A stretch of 64,000 nt of DNA from contig CAXHJY010001233.1 of the NCBI GenBank assembly GCA_964016885.1, positions 62,001 through 126,000 on the forward strand. Direction: 5' to 3'. Origin of the DNA: Eledone cirrhosa. Lineage: Eukaryota. The notes below the pieces were generated by a model. That model was not told where the DNA came from. It did no database searches and saw only the letters and a list, made by a program, of their open reading frames with translations. The translations under genes were made by a program, and so were the position numbers. Below, one piece after another: positions 1 to 11,468 of the stretch (its first letter is position 1; each line of letters begins with the position of its first letter).

Positions 1-178
1 GAGGTTGTCAGTTCGATTCCTGGACCGGGCGATGCGTTATGTCCTTGAGCAAGACACTTTATTTCACGTTGCTCCTTCTACCTGGAGTTGCGACCGACAG
101 CAATTGCACTAGCAATTGGAAAGACCAACGGAAACATTGTTTCCTCGGTCCGATTTGACGAAAGTCGATCGACTGTCG
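1..178 (+). mobile_element. tRNA-derived SINE, family C1 (5' end cut off by the window edge)
   Basis: B-box GTTCGATTCC at 11-20, then GTGTCCTTGAGCAAGACACTTTATTTCAC-type core. Near-identical body at 11469-11685 and 38165-38320. Confidence 0.8.
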
Positions 179-490
179 ATATATAGCAAATATCTACGTG
201 AGTACACACATACACAATATATATATATATATATATATATATGCAATACAATACTATACTATACAATACAATAGAATACAATGCTCTACTAGTTGACTTC
301 CCCGTAGTTCTTTACCGGGTCACGTAAATATATAAGTAGGCAAATTACTAGATCGATACTGAAATCGATCGAAACCAATAAAAGACTAAAAGAATAAAAA
401 TTTATAGATTTCTCTCTCTCTTTTTCTCTCCCGCACTCTCTATCTCTCTCATTATCTCTATTTCTCTCCCTCTCTCTCTTCATTTAACAG

Positions 491-537
<47 letters not shown>

Positions 538-1074
538 ACAATTTATAGATCGATTTCTCTCCCGCTCTCTCTCTATTTCTCGCCCCCTCTCTTCATTTAA
601 CAGGGTATGTATGCATACCCAACCTCCAGCAGTCCATATCATTGAAATCTGATAGCACTCTTACTTATATATCAGAAAGAGATTGGTGTAAGGAATATAT
701 AAGAGGTTGAGCTGGTAAACTAATATCATGGTAACTACCGACGTTTGTTCTCAAGATAATCACCACTTCATTATAACTTTCATTAAACCTGGACAATACC
801 TTTTCCTTATAAACCTTTTATATATATATATGAACGTGTATATGTAGTTTTCTGTTCAAAGAAATACAATCAGTTTGACATGACAGTGGTAGTGTTTATT
901 GAGTGAATAAACTTTTTTTATGTCAGTGGGTTTGTTTGTTTGTGGTATGGGCGTGCGTATAACTATAGATAACTATCTTGGCGCGCGCGCGCGTTCGTGC
1001 GTGCGTGCGTGCATACGTGCGCGCGCGCCACTATTTGCGTATTAATTAACTAAAAGCGTAATCGTGCATATTCA

Positions 1075-1111
1075 CCCTACTAATAATTTATTTATCTGGG
1101 CTTGTGTGTGT

Positions 1112-1176
<65 letters not shown>

Positions 1177-1189
1177 GTGTGTGGTGTGT

Positions 1190-1220
<31 letters not shown>
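1075..1220 (+). mobile_element. Short (GT)n-tailed retroposed fragment with a 46-bp flanking direct repeat
   Basis: 1029-1074 and 1221-1266 are the same 46 bp (1 mismatch). The insert head CCCTACTAATAATTTATTTATCT(A/G)GGC plus (TG)n recurs at about 5765-5870. Confidence 0.6.
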
Positions 1221-1221
<1 letters not shown>

Positions 1222-1314
1222 ACTATTTGCGTATTAATTAACTAAAAGCGTAATTGTGCATATTCAGATTTGCACTTCGTTTTCATCACGTGTGTGCGTA
1301 AGTATATATATATA

Positions 1315-1435
1315 TCATTCTTTCTTCTGATGAAGGACTAGCGTCATAAACGTTAAGACCCTCTTCCTGCTATTTCGAGCGTTAACCTAATATATACCTT
1401 CCATATACTGTGTTGTTATTTCTGTTTACCTTTTA
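1315..1435 (+). mobile_element. Penelope-like pLTR remnant with degenerate hammerhead (family H4)
   Basis: TCTT-CTGATGA-AGGACTAGCGTCA-TAAA-CGTT-AAGA at 1323-1358. Homologous to 62720-62850 on the minus strand, where GAAA is intact. Confidence 0.55.
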
Positions 1436-1758
1436 CATACATACATACGTACATACACACACATTATATATATATATTTATATATATATATATATATATG
1501 AAATGGGCGTTAAGACAGATGTCACATAATCATATTTATGCTGGATAGATAGAACAGACGTGGAGTTCTTTCTCTGCTTGCACCTGTTTATCAACGAGAC
1601 GTTACAACAACTCTTACGTATAAGCAGCACAGTAATTAGCTATACACACACACACAAATATATACATTACATACGTACATACACACACACAAATATATAC
1701 ATTACATACGTACATACACACACACATCTTGAGAGCAGGATAAACAGTGTAGAAATAT

Positions 1759-2060
1759 GAATCTGAGGGGGCCAAACTCCTCAAATACTGGTCGCTCTCC
1801 GACAGGTTTGCGGTCGTTCCCCTGGCAGTGGAGACTTCTGGTGTCCTCGGCTCCAGGGCTACCTCCTAACTCACCACCATAGGCGCTGAGCTGGCCAGCC
1901 GCAGGTGTGAGCCCCGCGAGTTGGAGTGGCTTTTCCAGCGCGTCTCCCTTGCCGTCCTCCGGGGAAACACCTTCTCCATTCTGTCCGCTGTGGGTGGGCC
2001 CCATCGCGTACCAATACATTAGTTAAATACCATTCTTTCATCTGATACAACAATAAAAAT
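1759..2060 (+). pseudogene. 3' end of a CRE-clade non-LTR retrotransposon (restriction-like endonuclease C-terminus, 3' UTR, polyA signal)
   Basis: Frame from 1759 reads ESEGAKLLKYWSLSDRFAVVPLAVETSGVLGSRATS*LTTIGAELASRRCEPRELEWLFQRVSLAVLRGNTFSIL. This matches the CRE pattern K..KY...F.P.AVET.G..G...QR.S.A..RGN. Internal TAA at 1867, stop at 2020-2022, AATAAA at 2052. Confidence 0.85.
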
Positions 2061-2404
2061 CTACCTCTTATGTCTCCATGTGACGATTAGCCGAGAACTG
2101 CTGTCAGTTATATAAACAGGCAGGAAATCTTTGAAACATCAAAGTTGTATTGATGTCGTCATGTCTCAATTATTATGACGTCATAACCTCTAATTCCGCT
2201 TTTTATGCTAACTTCAAATATTAGCTTTCATTCGTACCGTCTCATTCCTACTTTAGTGACCTAGTACTGGTGAAAGTTCCCCGGATTTAGAGATATATCA
2301 GATCTCGAATTTCAATAGTTGTAGATCGTTATAATAGAGGTAGGGTGTAACCATCGGGTTTTATTTATTCTATGGACAACCAACCCCCGTATTGCATATA
2401 TATA

Positions 2405-2456
2405 TATGATGATGATTTCTCCCGAATTAAACAGTTCTAGTCCTCTAGAAGCCTTT

Positions 2457-2460
<4 letters not shown>
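2405..2460 (+). mobile_element. Fragment of hammerhead element family H3
   Basis: TGATGATTTCTCCCGAATTAAACAGTTCTAGTCCTCTAGAAGCC matches 63899-63943 with core mutations. Confidence 0.6.
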
Positions 2461-2528
<68 letters not shown>

Positions 2529-2529
<1 letters not shown>

Positions 2530-2620
2530 ATTAAAATAACAGATTAAAGTTTAAGCAAAGAATCGCTGCTTTCACCCTTAACGGGATCTTCTTTGGATTT
2601 TAGTCTTCACATTTATTATT
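2529..2620 (-). mobile_element. Fragment of hammerhead element family H2
   Basis: Matches 4820-4995 and is the reverse complement of 7283-7412. Flanked by (TA)n. Confidence 0.65.
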
Positions 2621-2696
2621 ACTATATATAAATATATATATATATATATACACACACACATACATACATACATACATCGTTATGTAAAAGGTAATC

Positions 2697-2880
2697 CGTT
2701 GAATTGGCAGTATCGGTAGAGGGTCGGACGCCATGCTTTGACGCATAGAGTTACGGCCCTTGCCATTCTGAGTTCAAATCCCGTCGAGGTTAACTTTGCC
2801 TTTCATCCTTACGGGGTCGATAAAATAAAGTACCAGTAATGCACTGGGTAATTGCTGGCCTTGTGCCAAAAGAAGAAACA
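2697..2880 (+). mobile_element. tRNA-derived SINE, family A (short variant) with 18-bp TSD
   Basis: A-box TGGCAGTATCGG, B-box GAGTTCAAATCC, core GCCTTTCATCCTTACGGGGTCGATAAAATAAAGTACCAG (resembles Nin/Deu-type SINE cores). TSD GTTATGTAAAAGGTAATC at 2679-2696 and 2881-2898. Confidence 0.9.
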
Positions 2881-2909
2881 GTTATGTAAAAGGTAATCAG
2901 AAATAACAA

Positions 2910-3230
2910 CGAGGTTTGTTCCGGCTTATCCCGGCATGTTAAGAACGTCGGACAGAATGCCTTGCGGTGATTGTTCTGGTTCTCCGAGCTCTGGGTTCAA
3001 ATCCCGCCTAGGTTAACTTTGCTTTTCATTCTTTGGAGGTAAATAAATAAATTTTTAAAATGTACCAGTCAAGTACAGGGGGGGGGGGGTCGATCGATTT
3101 TTCCTCTATATCTTTTTTTTTTCCTTCCTCTTTATGATATCGGCTGTGTTCAGACCTGGAGTGTGATGAGCTCCATCAGGGTTTATGATATCCGAGATGT
3201 CATGAAGGCGTCCCTAAGACTTAAAAGTTA
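2910..3230 (+). mobile_element. Older SINE, family B (same core, different 3' tail)
   Basis: GGGTTCAAATCCCGCC B-box and shared core. Related tails at about 10410-10620, 12355-12510, 39320-39560 (-) and 49500-49800. Confidence 0.6.
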
Positions 3231-3613
3231 TCAGTCCAGATATAAAATATAAGAAGCAAATCTCGTTTGTTTTCAACAAGTTTTTCTCCTTTCATGCGAA
3301 CATTTTCTGGAAACTGCTGACAACAAATTCACACTCTCTCACTCTTTAACTCTTTCACACTCTTTCTCTTACTCCCCTCTCTCTCTCACTCACTAACTCT
3401 TTCTCACCCACTCCCTCTCCAATCTGTTGTCCTATAGTAAAGACTATACCACTTGTTAGACATGTTGGCGCTATTATTTCCTGTATGAGATCCCCGGCTA
3501 TGTATTGTGTCTTATAACAAACTACACTGAAATAAAATCAATCATGTACTATATATATATAACTACTAATAAAACTACTAATAAAACTACTAATATAACT
3601 ACTAATATAACTA

Positions 3614-3705
3614 TACATCAAGAGTCAGCTGAAAAGTTCATAGGCTGACCAAGATACTCTCATGGAATGACCAAATGGGGTTTATTTTTTTAACATAGTC
3701 CCTGG
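3614..3705 (+). mobile_element. Mariner-like terminal remnant
   Basis: GCTGAAAAGTTCATAGGCTGACC...GTTTATTTTTTAACATAGTCCC resembles mariner ends. Only one end seen. Confidence 0.4.
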
Positions 3706-3745
3706 AAAGAAACAATGTAGTTATTAATAAGATGAGTTGAAATGA

Positions 3746-3935
3746 ATGGTTTCTGGTTTAGGTACAAGGCCAGCAATTTTTTGAGAAAGAGAAAATTGAT
3801 TAAATCGACCCCAGTTCATTACTGGTACTTTATTTTATCGACCCCGTAAGGATGAAAGGAAAAGCTAACTTAGGCAGAATTTGAACTCAGAACGCAAAGG
3901 GCCATAACTCTATACCGCTAAGTTGTCGGATGCTC
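3746..3935 (-). mobile_element. SINE family A (long variant)
   Basis: Reverse complement of the family A body, including the TCGATTTAATC segment. Confidence 0.85.
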
Positions 3936-4819
3936 TTGAAATTAATAATGCAAGATTTCACATCTCTAGCATCACTCCTTCATAGTCAGCCTGCCCTCGT
4001 AGTTGAAATTAATGACATACAAGATTTCACAGCTCTAACATCACTCCTTCATAGTCAGCCTCATAAAAGGTTCCTTCTACCGCAGCTATTAGTTGAATTA
4101 GTTCACAGAGAAATTAGAACGAAGGAAAAGAAATTATTCTTTTTTCTATCTCTTTTTTTTTCTTTCAAAAAATAACAGCAAAGAACAACTATCGGTGTCA
4201 ATATTGATTTCTATTTTAAGGTAGAAGAATAGTCGATTGTATTGATCTGGATTACTACTGGGTCGATTAAAGTATCGGGTTGGTAAAGTTAATGTCAGTA
4301 TTGCTGAATTCACACAGTCGTAAATTCTGATGTTCGCTAAAAATAACAAGTCTATTCAAGTTGTTATATATATATAACAACTTGATATATATATATATAT
4401 ATATATATAGTAATAATAATAAATGTGAAGACTAGCTATTGTTGTTGCTGTTGTAGTTACTATTATTGATTCTCAAGTCACTCATGATCGAATTACAATC
4501 AAAAGAGTTCCAGTCACAACGATCAAATCTTTTATACATATATCTTAATCAATACAGTGTACCTGAAAACATATTTAATGCGTGAGTGTGAGTGAGAGAG
4601 TGAGTGTGAGAGTGAGTGAGTGTGAGTGTGAGAGTGAGTGTGAGTGAGTGTGAGTGTGAGTGTGAGTGAGTGTGAGTGAGGGACAGGAGGCCGGAAAGTT
4701 GAAATTCCCCTAAAGTTTTTATTTTTGCAGACACTATATATATTTATATATTATATATAAATTTCAATGGGTAGTTCTATCCAGTGATGAACCACTAACT
4801 TAAATGAAAATATATATAT

Positions 4820-4995
4820 TAGAATAACAGATTAAAGTTTAAGCAAAGAATCGCTGCTTTCACCCTTAACAGGATCTTCTGAAACTAGAAAAAAAAAAAA
4901 AAAAAAAAAAAAAAATCAATATTTGCTCTACGGTTCTTATATATTTATCCTTATCGAGCCCTCTTTGGATTTTAGTCTTCACATTTATTATTATT
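4820..4995 (-). mobile_element. Hammerhead element family H2 (core reads CAGAAGA)
   Basis: Reverse complement AGTTT-CAGAAGA-TCCTGTTAAGGGT-GAAA-GCAGCGATTCTTTGC-TT-AAACT. Flanked by (TA)n. Confidence 0.65.
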
Positions 4996-5020
4996 TCTCT
5001 CTCTCTATATATATATATAT

Positions 5021-5260
5021 ATAACGAAGGAATTGTGGTAAGGAACCAGGTGGACCATAACGCACCAGAGTACTCAATACTTAGAGTAGTAGAGTGGGTA
5101 ATAGGAAAAGGTATGACCCCGACGGCAGAGCTCAAGCCGTTTCGACGGCTATTTCTGGACTAAATTAGAATTTTTAGCCTGGATAAAAATTCTAATTTAG
5201 TCCAGAAATAGCCGTCGAAACGGCTTGAGCTCTGCCGTCGGAGTCATACCTTTTCCTATA
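5021..5260. mobile_element. Fold-back element family H5 (76-bp inverted arms; 3' half of a hammerhead-like motif)
   Basis: Arms 5101-5176 and 5184-5259 with one mismatch. Each carries GAAA-CGGC-loop-GCCG-TC-GG. Related copies at about 6905-7070, 11766-11822, 14695-14850, 44945-45020, 54912-54970 and 61454-61650. Confidence 0.75.
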
Positions 5261-5789
5261 TGTATATATATTGTATACATATATATCCTTCCCATTTTAA
5301 GACGGCAGTATCAAATTCAAGCGGATATTTAATGGCCGGAGTCTTGAGGCGGACAGTTAACTGCAGCCAACAAACATCGGCCGCAAAGTATTCTATCTGA
5401 CAACTTTAACCACTCTGCCACCGCACCTCACCCTCCTCAGCTTAGCTTAACCAGTGTTAATTTATTTAATTGCGAGCTCAACCAAGCTAGTCTAACACTT
5501 CCTTTTGATCGTTCTCTTCCTCACCCTTCACCCCTCAGCCTTCAGCACGTGGTTATCGCCAAGTCAATCTAACGACGAACTTTCCCCGGGGGGAGGGGAA
5601 GTCTTAGAGAAACATTAATCATGATAGGTAAAGATTGTGGCGGCAAGTACATCTGACATGAAGAGAAATATCGACTAAGAAGAACAGCAGCTTGTTAAAA
5701 ACTATTTCTTAGTTTTTACGTCTTGGTTCTCTCACCCAGCTTCCTTCCTACTACTACTACTCACCCTACTAATAATTTATTTATCTAGG

Positions 5790-5873
<84 letters not shown>

Positions 5874-6354
5874 CTGGTTTAATTACTTCATAAATTTCCT
5901 ATAGATAAATAAATATGTATATATATATATAGAGAGAGAGAGAGATACAGAGAGATAGAAAGAGAGAGAGAAAGAAAGAGACAGAAAGATATATATATAT
6001 ATAGAGAGAGAGAGAGATGGTTTCTAAGACAGAGGCAAGGTTCTTTCATTGGAATGTAGACATCAGCTAGGTGATTACGTATGTGGGTCTATATATCATC
6101 AACGACTTGCACACCCACAATATACACTCCATCTGTACACATACAACAGTAGCAATGATATACACTTCATCTGTACACATACAACAGTAGCAATGATACA
6201 TCTGGACTTTCAACCCCAACCACACCCATGCACGTCAGAATACTCGCCTGCCCTCCTTACTCATCTTACAATAGTTTCTTTCTCTCTCTCTCTCCGCCTC
6301 TCTTCAATCGAAGCCACGACCTTATCATCGTACGTTCAACACTCTTACCACTAG

Positions 6355-6397
<43 letters not shown>

Positions 6398-6546
6398 AGT
6401 ATATGTTGGTTGTTTACCGATACCTCAGTATGCAGATTGGAGCACTCGACGAAATACGCAGGTTGGTTTGTTTATTCCGGAGTAATGTAAAATAAGTAAG
6501 TCAAATATGTAAAATTTGGCTTCGTTTATTATAAATTATAAATTCT

Positions 6547-6599
6547 CTGCTACATATATTTCGGTGGCAGCTATTATTGGCTGCGACCTCTTCAGGCAG
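6547..6599 (-). ncRNA. Type I hammerhead ribozyme motif
   Basis: CUGC-CUGAAGA-GGU(C)GCAGC caauaaua GCUGC(C)ACC-GAAA-UAUAUG-UA-GCAG. Full conserved core, stem I CUGC/GCAG, well-paired stem II. Confidence 0.8.
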
Positions 6600-6724
6600 T
6601 CCGAATTGACTCCAGTTCCTCGGAGGAATAACAACACACCCAGGAGCTGGACATATCGATGTATTGACAGAGTGGAACACACTTCAACAACATGTTATAC
6701 CTGTCTTTTCCACACCAATTCGGA

Positions 6725-6777
6725 CTGCCTGAAGAGGTCACAACCAATAATAGCTGTCACCGAAATATATATAGCAG
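6725..6777 (+). ncRNA. Type I hammerhead ribozyme motif
   Basis: CUGC-CUGAAGA-GGUCACAACC...GCUGUCACC-GAAA-UAUAUA-UA-GCAG. Palindromic short stem III, consistent with dimeric folding. Confidence 0.8.
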
Positions 6778-6833
6778 AGAATTTATAATTTATAATAAAC
6801 GAAGCCAAATTTTACATGTTTGACTTACTTATG

Positions 6834-6900
<67 letters not shown>

Positions 6901-6904
6901 CAGA

Positions 6905-7070
6905 TAGGGTGTGCTAAAAACCAGGTAGACCTTAACCCTCTAGAGTACTCGATACTTGGGGTAGTAGAGTGAGTAATAGGAAAAAATTCAGGACCCCGAC
7001 GACTGAGCTCCGACCGTTTCGGATTTAGCTGTCGAAACGGCCGGAGCTCAGCCGTCGGGTCCCGAATCTT
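6905..7070. mobile_element. Fold-back element family H5
   Basis: CCCCGACGACTGAGCTCCGACCGTTTCG inverted against CGAAACGGCCGGAGCTCAGCCGTCGGG. Confidence 0.7.
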
Positions 7071-7149
7071 TCACACACACACACACACATATAGTAATAA
7101 TAAATGATTATATATATATATCCATTGTATATATATAAAATATATATAA

Positions 7150-7241
7150 ACCCGTAGAGTAAATATTTGTTATAAGAACAGATTAAAGTTTAAGCTGATT
7201 ACACCCTTAACGGGATCTTCTGAAACTAAAACCATTATTAT

Positions 7242-7294
<53 letters not shown>

Positions 7295-7412
7295 AAATGT
7301 GAAGATAAATATATATCAAATATATAAGAACCCTAGAGGAAATATCTTTTTTAGTTTCTGAAGATCCTGTTAAGGGTGAAAGCAGCGATTCTTTGCTTAA
7401 ACTTTAATCTAT
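7150..7412. mobile_element. Inverted pair of family H2 elements around a (TA)n/(TAA)n tract
   Basis: About 7178-7231 (minus copy, internally deleted) and 7283-7412 (plus copy). Confidence 0.7.
7353..7403 (+). ncRNA. Type I hammerhead ribozyme motif (U10.1-U11.1 variant)
   Basis: AGUUU-CUGAAGA-U CCU GUUAA GGG U-GAAA-GCA gcgauucuu UGC-UU-AAACU. Stem I 5 bp, stem III AGCA/UGCU. Confidence 0.7.
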
Positions 7413-8262
7413 TATATATATCTATATATATATATACATATCCTTCCCCGGCCCTAGTCTTTAAGAAACTTATCTCTAATATGAGTCAGCAGATTCTTTA
7501 ATCTATTCTCATTAAGAAACCCATTTGATACAGCCGTCCCATAAATCCGTTACCTAATAGCCCACTTACATGAACATCTTTAAAGTTAGCCACTCCCGTG
7601 CTCCTAACATAAAGATCTTTACAACAACTGAACCTAAATTATAAGTAAATGGAGGATGTTGGAATATTTTGGACATAGTCAATAGGTTGGAAGGAATGAT
7701 GGAGATGAGGGAGTTCTGAGTCATAATAATAACCTGTAAGGGAAGGAAGAGCTAAGAAATAAATCACCACATAACATTATACCCCCCCCCCCACTACACT
7801 TCTTTATACCTCGTTACCAATATTACCACTACCACTACACCCCACTCTGACTCAACCACCATCACATACCACTACACCTCACCCCACTACCTATATCACC
7901 ACACCACCACCGCCACTATAAGTACTATTCTCATCATCTGAGGGTATCTTAAAAATATGATTGATACACGAGTTTATAAATATATAATGAACATATGATA
8001 CACAAAACATACATTGTGTATATGTGTACATGTAACAGTGTGTGTGTATGTGTATCAGTGTGTGTGTATGTATAGTACGATTTATACAATTCTTGCCTTG
8101 ACCTCAATATAAAGTAGAAAAAGAAGAAGTAGAAGAAGAAGAGTCAACATGTCTGACGGATGCAAAACGGAAACACAGCTAAATCATCAGGTGTATTTTG
8201 AGAAATGATGATTTTAGACGCATTTTCGTCTTGAAACCGTTGGTACTACAGTGTTAAGTCAT

Positions 8263-8361
<99 letters not shown>

Positions 8362-9167
8362 AAAGGGGAAGGGAGAGAAGAGATTAACATAGAATCAGAA
8401 CTGGGAGTGGAATAGAAATGGACAGGGAGGAGGGGGGGGGAAGATTTCCGTCAATTTATTTGTTTATTCTGTTGCTAAGATTAAGGCGGCAATTATTCAT
8501 TTTTACACATTATTGTTGTTTGTTTGGTTTTTAGTATTTTATTTTTCTTCGTTAATAATGTTATCTTCACCACCGTAGTAGAAGAAGAAGAAGAAGAAGA
8601 AGAAGAAGAAGAATGCTGAAGAAGAAGAATGCCGAATAACAAGAAGAAGAAAGATGCTGGGGAGGAAACAGAAGAGATTGAGATTAAGAGGTTGGGATGA
8701 GGGGGGGGGTGACAAATAGATTGAATAGGAGAATGAGAAGAGTCGACTAATGGTGGTGGTGGTGGTGGGGGGGGGAAGTTGTAAGGCGGAGAAACAGGAG
8801 AGAGAGAGAGAGAGATCAGAGAGAGGGGGAAAGAGTTATGAAAAACAAACAACAGCAACAACAATAACGGCAACAACAACAACAACAACAATAACAATAA
8901 CAACAACAGCAGTATATCAAAGTACGTAAAAAGAGGATTGAGTTAACGATTTGGCAATGGTGAGAAAGAAGGAAAAAATAAGAACATAATATAGCAAAGA
9001 AAGAAAGAGAGAAATATGAAAGAACGAATGAAAGCAAAAATGAATGAAAATTATGACCGAAGGAAATTCTTTTTCTCTTTCTTCAGATTTTTTTATTTGC
9101 TCTCTTTCGGTATTACGATCATCATCATCATCATCATTACTATTATTATTATTATTATTATTATTAA

Positions 9168-9352
9168 GGCGGTGGATTGGCAGAATCGGTAGAGGTCGGA
9201 CGCCATGCTTTGCAGCATAGAGTTATGGCCCTTTGCGATCTGAGTTCAAATCCCGCCGAGGTTAACTTTGCCTTTCAACCTTGCGGGGTCGATAAAATAA
9301 AGTACCAGTAATGTACTGGGGTAATTGCTGGCCTTGTGCCAAAAATAAAAAC
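9168..9352 (+). mobile_element. SINE family A (short variant), full length, in (TTA)n
   Basis: GGCGGTGGATTGGCAGAATCGGTAGAG head, B-box, core and GGCCTTGTGCCAAAA tail. Confidence 0.9.
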
Positions 9353-10234
9353 TATTATTATTATTAGCAGTAGTAGTAGTAGTAGTAGTATTTTGTTTAT
9401 CTATTCTCTCTTTTGTTTTTGGCCTCCGATCATTCAATGGTTAGGCGCGCCAACCATGGCGGCTTTTGATTTCTTTGTTAGTTTGTTAGTTTGTTTGTTA
9501 GTTGTCATGTCTTCTTTGCAAGAAAGAAAAACGACATGTTGGTTGGCTGGTTGGTTGGTTAGACGTTCGTTGGAGAGGTTTAAAGACAAAACTAGGTCAA
9601 AGCTATCATCTTTTTTATCTGCCTTGCAGTAACAGACGACATCGTAGTTCACATGTCAATTCCACCTACTCAGCACCCTCTAGCCCTCCCCTATAACCAC
9701 CACCATCACCACACACACACACAAGCAAACATACAGACACACACGCAATGAACACGTACGAACACACACACATGTACACACACACGCTCTCTCTCTTTCT
9801 CTCTTCCACTGTCTGTCGTCGCCACTTTGCTTTCCCCCTTCTCGGCTTCTATTTCTTTTAATACGAAAGCAACGAGCCGGCATATTGCAGTGTTGCAGGT
9901 AAGTATGTAGTTACGATATCAAAGGGAGTTGTGCAACTTGCAGAAGACAGATAGACAGACAAGATTGATAGCGAAATAAACAAATAAAATAAACAAATAA
10001 AATATTTAAAAAAAACAACATAAAGTAAACAAACAAACAAGTTATTATTTGTCATATAAACACGAGTCCTCGAATTTTAGAATTTGATGGGTTAGGTTGG
10101 TGGTGAGGTCAACAGTCGACCTTGACACTTGTAAGTTTTTTATATCAATCTCGGGAGAGTGAACGATGAAAGTTAAACGCCTTCAGATCGTAAATAACAC
10201 ACAACTACGTTCTATTAAATCCATTAATCTTCTT

Positions 10235-10620
10235 TAATGGAATGGATCTCCGTCGGTTCCAATGATGAGTGTTTCAGTTGATCAATCGATCAACGATATC
10301 CACGCCTGCTCGTGAAAATTAACGGGCATGTGGTTAAGCCTTTCCACAGACACGTGTACCATTAACGTAATTCTCAGGGAGATTCAGCAATAATGTTTGA
10401 TAAGGTTGCCCACCTTTCATCCTTTCGAGGTCGATTAAAAGATATGTACCAGTCCAATACTTGAGTCGATTTCCCCGCTATATCTCTTTCTCACTTCCTC
10501 TCTGTCTATCACTTTCTCCCCTTCTCTAGAAGAAATCGGTTTTCTTCAGGCCTGCAGAGGTTTGAATGCGTCCCACCAGGTTTTAAATGCCCAAGACAGA
10601 CTACATCAGCGAAGACAAAC
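10235..10620. mobile_element. Degenerate family C tail (minus) joined to family B core and tail (plus)
   Basis: Similar to 29361-29540 and to 3020-3200. Confidence 0.55.
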
Positions 10621-11468
10621 AAACAAAAGCATCTAAAAACCCTCGTCAGCCGCCATACAACAAACAGATCATTGCGATTTCGAACACTCAGTGCGATGCT
10701 TATTTATGAGGTGAGGTCTTTCTTGGTATATTTTCGGTTAGTCGTTATATTCATGATCTACTGTTTTCTATGCGTCTTTCTCAACAACAACAGCAACAAC
10801 AGCAACAACGACAACAACGACAACAACGATTGTTTCTTACATTGGCGTAAGACCACAAAAATGAGTAACACAGTGTGTTTAATTTAATTGTTGTGCAGAA
10901 ATAGAAAGCCAAGTCTACCTTGGTGAGATGTGAACTCAGAATGTGAGGTGACGTAATTAAAATAATGAAACACTGCAAATTAATTTTATCCCCCATTTTC
11001 GAGGTCCAACAGCCTCCCCACCAGCGCCATTTTTGCTATTCATCAACGACAAATTTACGTTCAAAGTATTGATGATGATGATGATTAAAAACAAAAACAC
11101 AAACAATCAAGTGAACAAAATAATAATAATAAAACAAAAATACAAATTCAATTGCTATTAATGTTAGATGTCAGTTTTTAACCCAATAATTTCAATCAGT
11201 TATTGTTGTCAGATCGATACACTGTCAATTAAGTCTAATGCCAATTTCAACGAACATCGATAAAGTTATCCACATGAAAACTCACAACACTGGAATGTCA
11301 ATTAATTATTTCAATTACAGACAACTGTAGTACTAAATATATTTTCTAGTACAAACTGAAATATCATACTTAGCAAAAATTAAAGAATATAGACTGTAAA
11401 CACGTTATATGCGTGTGTGTATGTGTGAGTGACTGTGTGAGTCTATATGTGTATGTATATATATTAGT

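Larger units (their letters stand above)
6488..6836. mobile_element. Fold-back element family H1: two inverted ~121-bp arms around a 107-bp spacer (Penelope-like inverted pLTRs)
   Basis: 6488-6608 is the reverse complement of 6716-6836 with a few substitutions. Each arm holds a hammerhead pointing outward. (TA)n lies immediately to the right. Confidence 0.8.
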
